A stretch of DNA of 62,877 nt, counting the filler, from Collodictyon triciliatum (lineage: Eukaryota), in the NCBI GenBank assembly GCA_043381765.1. It is 13 parts of 13 records of this genome, joined end to end, with 100 filler letters (N's around TTAATTAATTAA, not from the genome) between each part and the next. Parts side by side here need not be neighbours in the genome. Positions count along the whole stretch, not along the records: positions 1 to 5,369 come from JBHJMP010005258.1; positions 5,470 to 10,837 come from JBHJMP010005259.1; 11 more parts are not named here. The stretch is one strand, 5' to 3'. This document shows, piece after piece, positions 1 through 10,937 of this stretch (position 1 is the stretch's first letter; the number at the start of each line of letters is the position of its first letter). The translations under genes were made by a program, and so were the position numbers. The notes under the pieces are model-generated. The model searched no databases, was not told the origin of the DNA, and saw only the letters and a program-made list of their open reading frames with translations.

Positions 1-178
1 CTTTTTTTCTTTTTTTCTTTTTTTCTTTTTTTCTTTTTTTCTTTTTTTCTTTTTTTCTTTTTTTCTTTTTTTCTTTTTTTCTTTTTTTCTTTTTTTCTAT
101 TTCCCAAAAGCATGGCAACAAAAAGACAGAGACTGACCCGCCCAACGCCTCCGCCACAGACGCAGGAGGCCAAAGGCG

Positions 179-2511
179 ATGTCCAAAGGCCCCACCACCA
201 GCAGCGAAGGCTGCCGCATCTCCGGCTGGATCACCAAGCGCGGCGCCTTTGTGCACAGCCACAAACTGCGCTACGCCTACCTCTTCCCCGACCGCCTCGA
301 CTACTACGACAAGCCGCTGCCCCAAGGCGAAATGAAAGGCTCCTGGTCGCTCGCAAACTTCTCCACCGTCCACGTCAACAAGCAGCGCTCAAACCACGGC
401 TGGATTCGCCTTGTCCACGACACAGACACCAACCGCGACCGCTTCTTTGAGCCGCAAGACCAGTTCGACTCTTGGCTGGAGCAGCTCAAGTCTCTGATCA
501 TGGGCAAGGCCGTTGCAGGCGAGGCCGTCCCAGTCGCTGCTCCTTCCGGGCCGCCTGCCGATCGATCAAAGACGCCCACAAGACTGCCCGCCGATCGATC
601 AAAGACACCCACAAAGCTTCCTGCCGATCAGCCAAAGACGCCCTCAAACGCGCCCGCGGATCAATCAAAGGCGTCTCTGAATACCTCGCCAGAGCCGTCC
701 AAAACGCCGCCGAAGCGCCACTCTGTGCAGGTGAATCAAAAGCATCACCGCCTCTCGACGCAGCTCGCAGCGGATCCGCTCAGCGTCTCGGCAAACACGG
801 GCACGGCTTTGTCGTCTCCGCCTTCTTCGCCGCGCACAAAGACGGCCGAGTCTGTGCGGCTGCCTTCGGTGGAGGAGAAGATTCATGTGTCAATCATCAA
901 TGAGAAGCAAGAGAATCAGTGGCAGCCGGTGACGGTGCGTTTGGATCCAACTGGGTTTTCGTTCCCAGAGTTTTTCATCGAGTCGAATCGCATTCGGTGG
1001 GCGTCGCTGATGACGCAGGAGGAGCTCTTTGAGACGGCCGAAAATGGCGAAGCTGTGTGGGCAGCAAAGTTCGGCATGGCTCCCTTCAATACGACAAACT
1101 TTGATGCAATCCTGTTTTCGTACTGGGAGGATGCAGATCCGGGCGAGTTTCACAAGCACAGAATTGCAGATCTCGGGTTTATATCGATCCCCATCATCAT
1201 CCCCCGCAAGAGGACTAGGTTTTGGCTCGATACGCTTCTGTGGTATTCGACCCGCGATTGGAATTGGGAGTATCAGGAGATACGCGAGTTGCTTCGGACG
1301 TGTGACATCGGTGATAATCCAGAGGAGGTTAAAAATGATTACTTTTATCTCACTTTTGCTGTCCTTTTTTTTTCCTCTTAAAATAAAAAAATAGAATAAT
1401 CCCTTAAGCGATGCATTTATCAGTAATCATTCCTCTTATTATTTATGAGGTAGCTCTAACATCGTGTTTGTTCACAGGCATACTTTAATTATTCCAAACT
1501 CCTGTCTAATTTGGTGGAAGATTTTGAGCTTCAAGCGATGCATGTTGTTCGAACAGTCGTTTCTGAGCTTTCTGTGCCGGACGAAGAGAAAAAGATAATG
1601 TCCATATCAAGAGACCAATACGGTCGGGACGTATTCAAGTTCAACAATATCATTTTCAAGGTTTCTCAGTTTTTGCATCCTAAAAAAAAACGGAATATAT
1701 AATATCCATTAGATATGATTTTTTTTTAAGGATACATCTTGCTTTAGTTATCTATCGATGGGATCTCTTTGTTTGATGGCTCTGACTGGTGTGCAAAGAT
1801 GACATCCAACGAGTTCAAGGCTGGTTGTGCATTGGAATACTCTCTTCGGAAAACATGGAAAAATTTTGTGATGGACACAGAGGAAGGAACAAACGTGCAT
1901 AACCCCAAGCAAGGGTTGTTTTATCCCCTCACGTGCCTTCTTGACTATTGTGGCTATCGTCTTATGGCTGTGGCAGACCCAGGATTCACCCAAGATCCAG
2001 AACACTTGGTCTATGGACCTGGAAAACGCTCTACAAAGAAAGAGCCGGTTTTCGTCGAACTTGCAAAGAGATGTTCTTCTGATTTAAATGTTTCTGGGCA
2101 GGTTTGCTTATTTATTTAATTGCAAAAGCTAGATACTCGTATGTATGTAATTATATTATACTATGTTCTAGGCCATTCGCGGCATATGGAACTATACATC
2201 TTCCGTTCTAGAGGGATATAAGTTAGCATTGCTCTTGAGACATCCCACATCAGAAAAATGAAATTCAAAAAAATTTCAATATTATGACAAAAGACCAATA
2301 TCCTATTCATCCAATAATGCTGCATCACGTACGCATGTCTCTCATAGATGCCTAGATGAGCGCTACTACATCACAGGAGTCAATCGGCTGCTTCCTCCAC
2401 AATCTGTCGACAGCTCAGTTGTTGTATGATATAAAATGTTATGGAAACGCACAAAATATTACAATATATAAATGAATTGCGATATTAGTAACGGGAAACT
2501 TTTCTACTGAT

Positions 2512-2559
<48 letters not shown>

Positions 2560-4924
2560 TTAGATTGGAAACCAACATATTCGCCCAAGGGTTTCTCATT
2601 TGTGTTGGCAACTACGTCCCGAGTTTCTTAGACGCTACTCCATATCGTTATCATCAGACGGCTTTACTCCTGGGGCTGAAAATACACCCTTCTACGCGAA
2701 TGTCCTCATCTCAAAAGCAACTAATTACTTGATACAAGTGGAGATACCAACTCTGGCTAGGCTACTGAATCACGATTATCAGTATTCTATCTCTCAACTC
2801 ATGCACTACAGAGGAATCAACATACGCTTTATGGGGCTTCTAGCACAAGAGGCCTTGTCTGTTCTGGACAAAAAAACCAAGCGGGAGTGGATTACGCAGA
2901 TTATTGGAGATATGACGCGTAGGGCTCTGAAACAAGTTGCCAGAGCGTCTCTTCGGCAAGTTTCACCCCCAACATTCAATGCGCTAGCCACAAAGGCTTT
3001 GGAGTTTTTCAATACCTATGTTTTCGATGATGATTCGTCCCGTATATGGCTGGAGCTCATATTAAAGAAATTCGAACTCGACCCAAAGAAGACCTTCCTG
3101 GACGCGGCTCAAATAAAGTCACTTGTCGATATTCCGTCTCTATTCCACGGCCTTGCAAGCGACCTTGGCATTATTCTCGGTGAAGACGTCAAAGGGGACA
3201 GCAAAATCGAGAGTGTGCGATTCATCAAGGGCTTTCAAGTTACACATCGCCGAACACCAGACGAAACATACGAGAAAGGAATGGCAACCATAGACTTGAC
3301 CCTTCCAGACTCTGATTCCGACTCTGACGCACAATTTATCCCGGCTGAGACGCGTGAGCTTCTTTTACGGGTGTCCGCCGAGTGCTTTTTGTCATCTTTA
3401 AAAACATCTGGAATCTTCCTGGATGGCTTTAATATGCTTGGTCTGTGCTTGAATCACTTGGGCGAAAGAAAACTAGCCGAGGAATACTTTCAAAGTGCCT
3501 TACTCATCTATCCGTTCCAACCTGAACCTTTGGTCAATCTCGCTGATATGTATTCAGCAGAGAAAAGACCCCTTTCCATTTTATATGCATCTGGTGCTTT
3601 GGTGCGGGCACTCGATTTTGGTGTCCATGTGGAGTCGATGGCACTTCGTGTATTGCAACAGACATCTTCAGGCACACCCATCTTAGTTGGGTTGATACAA
3701 TTAGCAACACGCGGCCTCTCGGATGCACAGCTTGAAAGCGAAATCGATGTACAACTCAGACAAATCAACTTTTCGAATACCGACCAACTTTTTCAACAAA
3801 ATGTGTTGCAACAGGTTGCCAACAACCCAAAACCTCACAAGCCAATCGACGCGATTCGTGGAATTCTAAAGTCCAAAGCGATACTCAAGGCTCTTACCAT
3901 GAGCGTGGCAAATTCGCCCCTCTCAATCATAGCCCTTGGATTCATCAACCGTGTGATAGACTCCCTCAAAAGCACCAAGCTGATTCCAGCAGAGGACGCT
4001 GCCCTTTTACCAGCAGCTCTCTGTGAAGCACCAGATTCTGTGAATGCAATCTTCAACCTGCTCGAGAATGGGCCATCGTCGCTGTATACAGAAGAAACCT
4101 TGCACTACTCAGCTACCCCAATACTAAATTATTATGCCTTGATGGCACTTACCCGGCTCTTTGATTCGAGAGAAGGAAAGGCGCTGTTGCAGCCACGGGG
4201 AGTGGCTATCTTTGTGAAAATCGCTCAGACAAGCGGTCAAGCAACCGATGTTGTTGTCGCACTGGGCGGACTCTCGCATATCACAGAAGCAACATGGATT
4301 CAGCAAATTGCAGAAACGCACCCGACCATAGCCGACGATGTATGCAGCTACCTCGAAAACACAAACCCTGAGATTGCCTTGTCTGCCTGGAAGTTTGTCA
4401 AATCTCTCGTTAAGTCCCCAGCAATTCTCAACCATCTCTTGGCAAGCAACGGCGGCATCACCCGCCGACTCTTTGACTTCTCCACCCGACTCGTCCTTGA
4501 TTGCGAGCAGATCGCTGGCCTGACCGAAGCTGGGCTGCCACCGTCTGCAAAGTATCGTCAAGCCCTCAAATCGTTCGCGAAGGAGTTTGTCGAGTTTCTG
4601 CTTGCATTGGTGGGCTCGCCGAAGGCAGAACTGCTGTCACCAGCTGCCCAAACAGCACCAGGGAATCCGACTCCGCGACTCAAGGCCTCGCGCGATGTCA
4701 TTGACCAGAAAATCTTGCGAAAGACCTTGCAGATGGCGACTCTCTTCCCAGAGGCAGACCTGGTCGATGTTGTCGTCCAGCTGCATTGGAACCTCAAGGA
4801 CTTGGAAGGTTTTGTCGCGCAGTTGGACAAAAACAATATCCGCGCAGTAGCAAAGATCTCCAAGGACAAGAAGCTTGAATGTGCCGGCTACTCCCACGAG
4901 CTTCAGCAGATGTGTGCCTCTTGA
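179..4924 (+). CDS. Multi-exon PH domain + Clu domain + CLU-central + TPR + ARM-like repeat protein
   Basis: Exons approx. 179-1327, 1478-1660, ~1748-2101, ~2172-2221, ~2348-2423, ~2564-4924, with GT-AG introns. N-terminal PH domain (SGWITKRG...RYAYLF...WLEQL). Clu motifs YPLTCLLDYCGYRLMA, LDERYYITGVNRLLPP, QLRPEF..LSSDGF and MHYRGINIRFMG. One TPR (FNMLGLCLNHLGERKLAEEYFQSAL), then a helical-repeat C-terminus. Confidence 0.8.
553..690 (+). repeat. Coding 33-nt tandem repeat (PAD[RQ]SKTPxxL x~4)
   Basis: Repeated ccgatcgatcaaagac units translate to PADRSKTPTRL/PADRSKTPTKL/PADQPKTPSNA/PADQSKAS. Confidence 0.85.
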
Positions 4925-4987
4925 GTCGGGTGTGTCGCTGTGTGTATGGGCTTCCTGCCTGGTGTTTCCCTTTGTTTCCGCTTTCTC

Positions 4988-5058
4988 TTTTGCTTTTTCC
5001 TTTGCTTTTTTCTTTGCTTTTTCCTTTGCTTTTTCCTTTGCTTTTTCCTTTGCTTTTT
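4988..5058. repeat. 12-mer tandem repeat (TTTGCTTTTTCC)n in 3' flank
   Basis: Direct reading. Confidence 0.85.
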
Positions 5059-5369
5059 CGTCCATCCACACTCGGTGGGAATAAAGCGGCTTGCCAAAAA
5101 AAAAACCCCCTTTTGATGGGATTGGCAAAAGTAACGGATTTTGGAGTAGGGCAGCTGAAGGACTTCGGATCGTTCATTCGTGATCCATCTGCGTCTGGTT
5201 ATCTGGCTTTGTTGACTTTTTTCTATCTTTTGCTTCACTGTTAAAATCTTTTTTCTTTTCTCTTTTCTTTTCGTTTCTTTTCGTTTCTTTTCGTTTCTTT
5301 TCGTTTCTTTTCGTTTCTTTTCGTTTCTTTTCTTTTCTTTTCTTTTCTTTTCTTTTCTTTTCGTTTCTT

Positions 5370-5469
5370 NNNNNNNNNNNNNNNNNNNNNNNNNNNNNNN
5401 NNNNNNNNNNNNNTTAATTAATTAANNNNNNNNNNNNNNNNNNNNNNNNNNNNNNNNNNNNNNNNNNNN
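5370..5469. other. Artificial contig spacer 44N-TTAATTAATTAA-44N (also at 10838, 16318, 21780, 26371, 31831, 37290, 42748, 48206, 53663, 59118, 61505)
   Basis: The same 100-bp six-frame-stop linker occurs 12 times. Most flanking contigs are 5355-5380 bp in near-descending order and end in microsatellites. Confidence 0.98.
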
Positions 5470-5534
5470 GCATGAAACAGATGAGCAAATTTAAGATAAG
5501 CATGCCAATGACTGATATACCGTGCTCAACTTAC

Positions 5535-6169
5535 TCCCTCTTTGCTTGCAGAAACACATCCTGCTCTTCGATCAGTCGCCCAAGAAACTCTTGCATTTGT
5601 ATAAGATCCTTTTCGATTTGAGTCTCGTCGCTTTTCAAAGTAGTAAGTTCCCTGACATTCCGGAATTGAGACGAAACTCTACCAACACCTCGGATCTTTG
5701 AGGTTATGGCCTTTTTTGCATCAGGATGCAGCCTAAAAAATCATTTTTTTGTGTGATCCATATCATTTTTCTGCATTTCGATGAATTGAAAAACTTCATA
5801 GATGCAGCGCTTTTTTAATTAGAAAATACTATCGCTATCATAATAGATATTAACTTACAAAATTTGATTGGGATGCCCCTCATGCATGTCATCATCAGAG
5901 ACCTCTTCGTTTGCTGCCCTGGCAAGAGAGATATTTCAGACTATTTTCATTACTAATATGAAGATAAAAAAGAATCCAAAAAAGAATTTGAACACATATT
6001 CTATCTAAAATAGCTAATGACATAACATAAAAAGAAGATAAATCACAAAAAGCTAAATAAGAATTCAAAATATCATGATATGTAAATATCGTATTACGGA
6101 TCAGCCTCCGCCCCAGGAATAGTTTCGGCACACTCTTTTTCGTCGAGAATACTCTGCATCGGCCTTGTT
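5535..6169 (-). CDS. Partial multi-exon hypothetical protein (coiled-coil-like segment)
   Basis: Three phase-compatible GT-AG exons: ...ECAETIPGAEADP / AANEEVSDDDMHEGHPNQIL / LHPDAKKAITSKIRG...QMQEFLGRLIEEQDVFLQAKR. Cut by an N gap and the contig end. Confidence 0.45.
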
Positions 6170-7929
6170 NNNNNNNNNNNNNNNNNNNNNNNNNNNNNNN
6201 NNNNNNNNNNNNNNNNNNNNNNNNNNNNNNNNNNNNNNNNNNNNNNNNNNNNNNNNNNNNNNNNNNNNNNNNNNNNNNNNNNNNNNNNNNNNNNNNNNNN
6301 NNNNNNNNNNNNNNNNNNNNNNNNNNNNNNNNNNNNNNNNNNNNNNNNNNNNNNNNNNNNNNNNNNNNNNNNNNNNNNNNNNNNNNNNNNNNNNNNNNNN
6401 NNNNNNNNNNNNNNNNNNNNNNNNNNNNNNNNNNNNNNNNNNNNNNNNNNNNNNNNNNNNNNNNNNNNNNNNNNNNNNNNNNNNNNNNNNAACATAAAAC
6501 AAAACAAAACAAAACAAAACAAAACAAAACGAAATAAAGTAAAATAAAGTGAAGTAAAATAAAATAAAATAAAAACTGGGTAATAGTCTCACACCCGCAG
6601 TCGGCCTAGCGCACCAGGACACTTGCACCGCAACTATGAGTCCGAGTCCATCACTATCACAAACCCCAGAACAATGCCTCTCCCCGCCTTTCTGCATGTC
6701 TTCCTGGCAAAGTCTTCCGCTTGAAACACACCTCACAGGCGCACACATCACCAAAAAGCGAAGCCTGCCGCGGTTTTCTTTGGTTGGGATGGACAAATCT
6801 GTCGATGAAAACGGATTCCATTTGCGGAATAATCAGTGGTTGTCGCTGTCATGTTTAAAGCACCCGGTTTCCCTCGCGCGGTTGCCAGCGAGAAGGCGGC
6901 TCCTTTGGTAGATTTCAGAGTCTGTTGCCGGCATGGAATAGGTTCTGTGAGAGGTGTATGTTCAGTAATATCGGCATGTGCTTGCCTTCGTGCGCCCTAA
7001 GCAAGTGGATGCAGATGGCATGCGAAAAATTGTAGCTTACTTTGGTGATATTGTTAAAGGCACGGCAAGATGTTGTTGTCCTTGGTAGGGAAAGCAAGTT
7101 ACGAAAACATGAGGAAAAGAGGAGATAAAAATACGATGTATTCTGCGACCAAGGCGCTGGTAGCTTTGCACGTACATTGGTATTTCTAAGGCAAACATAC
7201 CCCAGTTTTGTCAGGTATATTAGGTTAGATGTTATTTGAATCGAATAAAGATAAAAAAAATATTTGGGCTAGTAGTTGACGAAGTGATACATATCCCATA
7301 AAAGCTAGGTGCTTGAAACTCATTTGCTCAGTGTTTGTAATTTGTCACATATCCATTATCCCATGATTATGTATGCTTTTTTTCCCCTTTATTCGATTCA
7401 AGGGAAGGAAGGATTCTTAGATTATTTTTTTTTTTTTTTTTTACAGTCCGACGTGGTTGTATGCGCCTTGGTTGAAAGCAGTGATGCGTGTCTGATAAGG
7501 GTGCAGGCCGGCTTGGTAGGGAAGCTGGATTCATGGTTCATCACTATGCACCCGAGAGGGTTGGGAATAATTACAACTCTAAAGAGCTGCAACCATGATT
7601 GTGTATGTTAATAGTATTATTACGACTATATGGGTTTGCGTGTCCCTTAATTTCATTTAACAAATAATACGCTATAATGATACGATGCTAATTAAGGATA
7701 GAAATTCGAGAGGCCTTGAATTATTCTAACACGGGAGATTTGATACTCTGCAGGATGCTATTTGTGCGATTATATGGCCAGACTGCTTCACCTCAAGATT
7801 GTCCTCACTCGCGTAGGGTGATAATTTGCTCTGGGTGTTCCACCTTCTATATCAATTACTCGGGCTCGGCGTCAATTATATAGTTTAACATAAATTGCAG
7901 AATGATGTGCGGATGCAATATCTATTAAT

Positions 7930-8330
7930 TTACCATATGGGATTGAAAAGTATATTAAGTCTTATTACATTTCTCAGCCTTGATATTTCAGGCCGAAGCA
8001 TAGATACCATATTATTATATGTGTTGAATGCTTTCAGTTTTCTCAAACGCCCAAAGCCATCTGGCAGAGAAGAAATGCAATTTTCAGGGTAGCTCAGCTC
8101 CGTGAGATTTGTCAAAAGGGATATATCAGAAGGCAGAAAGGATTTTATTTTTTTTTTCCTTTATTCGACTCAAAGTGTTGGCAGAAAGGAAATTGAATTG
8201 TTGAAGAGATGAGATAACCTAATGGACCCAATAAAGATATATCAAGAGGAACCGAACTCAAATTTCCTCGGGTGGAACTGAATCAGGTGCAGTCGTCTCC
8301 CAACATATTCCCTTTACCAGGCTTACAAAC
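7930..8330 (-). pseudogene. Leucine-rich repeat pseudogene fragment
   Basis: LRR units NLSSVPLDISLL, LFNNSISFLPSDISLLTNLTELSYPENCISSLPDGFGRLRKLKAFNTYNN. Broken by a 1-nt frameshift, a stop-bearing insertion at 8143-8179 and a stop at 7930. Confidence 0.65.
8132..8190 (-). mobile_element. Ultra-short poly(A)-tailed retroposon-like insertion with 11-bp TSD
   Basis: GGCAGAAAGGA (8132-8142 and 8180-8190) flanks a 37-nt insert that reads AACACTTTGAGTCGAATAAAGG-A-rich tail on the minus strand. Confidence 0.8.
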
Positions 8331-8705
8331 TGGTCTCATTCTCCTTAATTTCTTCAACCGAGAGGCTCGGTCGTCCATGTATTTTATTAATTTCAAACAT
8401 CCCCTCTTTCTTATTAAATATCCCTTTTATTTCTCTTTCTTAATATCGTTCGTTTCATTCTGCAATTTTAAATATAAGAAAAATAAGATAAAATAAAATG
8501 AAAAGATGACAGATGTAAAAGGTAGAAAAGAAAATAGGGAAAAAGATGAGTAGAAGAGAGGAGAAAAAAGAGAAGAGACAAAAAGATATTTTTTCGAAAA
8601 AAAACAAAAACAAACAACTCTAGCCTCTAGTGGCTTAATTGGCAGCAAGGCGTATGCTTATCTGGCCATTCTGTCCCCATGAAGTTGAAGCAGGTAAATA
8701 AAGAC

Positions 8706-8840
<135 letters not shown>

Positions 8841-9248
8841 CGAAACGCTGAATAGCCAGTCACGAGCCGAAACAGATTTTATTGCGAGAAAGTCCCGAAA
8901 ACAGTGCCCATTCTTTCCTCCTTTAAAAAAAATCCGAAAGCATTGCCTCAATCGATAAAGTAAAATATATATCCAAGGGCATTGGCCGCTCAGCCGCCAT
9001 GATGCGTTATAAACCTTCCCGTGTGCACGGAACAAAGTGAGAGTTTTCTGTCGTGTCAGTTTCCAGAGGTCAGGGCGGCTGAGACCAAGAGACGAGGCAG
9101 AAAGTGAATATAATGCCAGCGCCCCCAGCTTGCTCTATCTGTGCGCGGCCAAACTCATCTGGCAGGGCCCCATGGAGGAGGGTTCGCTACTTAACTATAT
9201 TAAACCATAAAGCAGGCAATAGGCCATCTCCGCATCTCTGCAAGGAAT

Positions 9249-10837
9249 ATGCGGGAGCTAATAACTCTGCAGATTGGGAAATGCGGCAACAATATCGGTT
9301 GTTCGTATTGGGAGACGCTTTGTGGGGAGCACGGGATTGATCGAGACGGAAAGCAGGATGAAACTTTGAGGACTCCTTGGAAAGGTTTGGACGTGAGTTT
9401 CACAGAGGGGCACCGAGGTTTGCACTTGTCAATATTCACAAAGCTTGGAGCGGATTCCACATGACAATTCATCACACAACTTGGAACAATAACCTACCGC
9501 AAAAACCTGTGTTGTAGATTGGAATATTCTCACCTATATATATATATATATAAAAACCTTGTTAGATTGTTTCTGAGCGTTTTATCTACGCCTCATTTCT
9601 CATGCACCTTTCTCTGTTCTTTAGGATATTTTCCCTCTCTATTACGTCATTTCCACAGGAATAAATAGAGGATGGTAGATAAAACACAATTAATTAAAAT
9701 CAATCTGGATTGCAGGTCGTTACTATCCCCGAGTGTTGTTGATTGACCACGAACCTACTGACCTGGATTATATTCGTTCTACTCGAAACAAGAACCTATT
9801 TCGCCCTGATAGCTTTATCAGTGGAAATTCAGCGACCGGAGGAAACTGGGCCCGTGGATATTATGGGTGTGGTGACGAAACAATTGAGGTACTAATGGAC
9901 TCTATTCGAAAGGAAGTGGAGGATTGCGATTCCCTTCAAGGATTTCAAGTGATGCACTCGATTGCGGGTGGTACTGGCTCTGGTTTCATGTCTTTGATAG
10001 AATCCAGGATAAGAGATGCATATGGTGGAAGGTTGATTGCGAATTATTGCAATATCCCAACATCAGATACTATGGAATCCGCCCTGGAGATATATAACTG
10101 GGTGCTGGGAATGCCCTCTTTAATTGAGTACTCGGATTCCTGCGTGACATTTGATAACAAAGCCTTAATGAATTACAGCCGCAATGAAAATTATTATGAA
10201 TCCCGAAATCGTGATTTCGAAAACCAATCAATTGCAAATATAGCATCGGGGTTTATTTCAGGGCTCCGTTTCCCGGGACAGCTCAATTCAGATATCAGGA
10301 AATTAGTTGTAAACTTGACTCCATTTCCTCGGCCACATTTTTTTGTTTGTGGATTATCGAGTCTTCAATATCCCCAAGAGAATCACATGTGCCAAAGGAG
10401 AAATAAGGTGTCCGATATGCTAGGTGATCTATTGGTTACAAATAATGTGATGACATCATGTAATTTCTTAAGCGGTATCTGTTTATCTGCTTCTTTAATA
10501 TTTCGTGGTGAAGTATTCATGGGAGAAGTTGAAAAAGAAGTGGCTAATATTTTAGCCAACGAATCGAGCAGATTTGCCAGCTGGATTCCAAATAATATAA
10601 GTGTCTATTCATCCGATAATCCTCTACTTAATTACAAAGTTTCATCCACCCTTTTGGCAAATAGCTCGAGTATTTGTGATTTTTTTCAAGAAAATATGAC
10701 ACGATATCATAGGATTCATTCAAAAAAGGCATATATGCATTATTATACTCAAGAGGGCATGCACGAGACCGACCTTTTATGGTCCGAATCCAATATAAGC
10801 GACCTCATATCCGAATACCAACAATGTGAGGGTTATC
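9249..10837 (+). CDS. Highly divergent beta-type tubulin (3' end truncated)
   Basis: Exon 9249-9417, intron 9418-9715, exon 9716-10837. Motifs MRELITLQIGKCGNNIG, YPRVLLIDHEP, LQGFQVMHSIAGGTGSG, LRFPGQLNSDIRKLVVNLTPFPRPHFF (beta-type), ESNISDLISEYQQ. Confidence 0.9.
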
Positions 10838-10937
10838 NNNNNNNNNNNNNNNNNNNNNNNNNNNNNNNNNNNNNNNNNNNNTTAATTAATTAANNNNNNN
10901 NNNNNNNNNNNNNNNNNNNNNNNNNNNNNNNNNNNNN

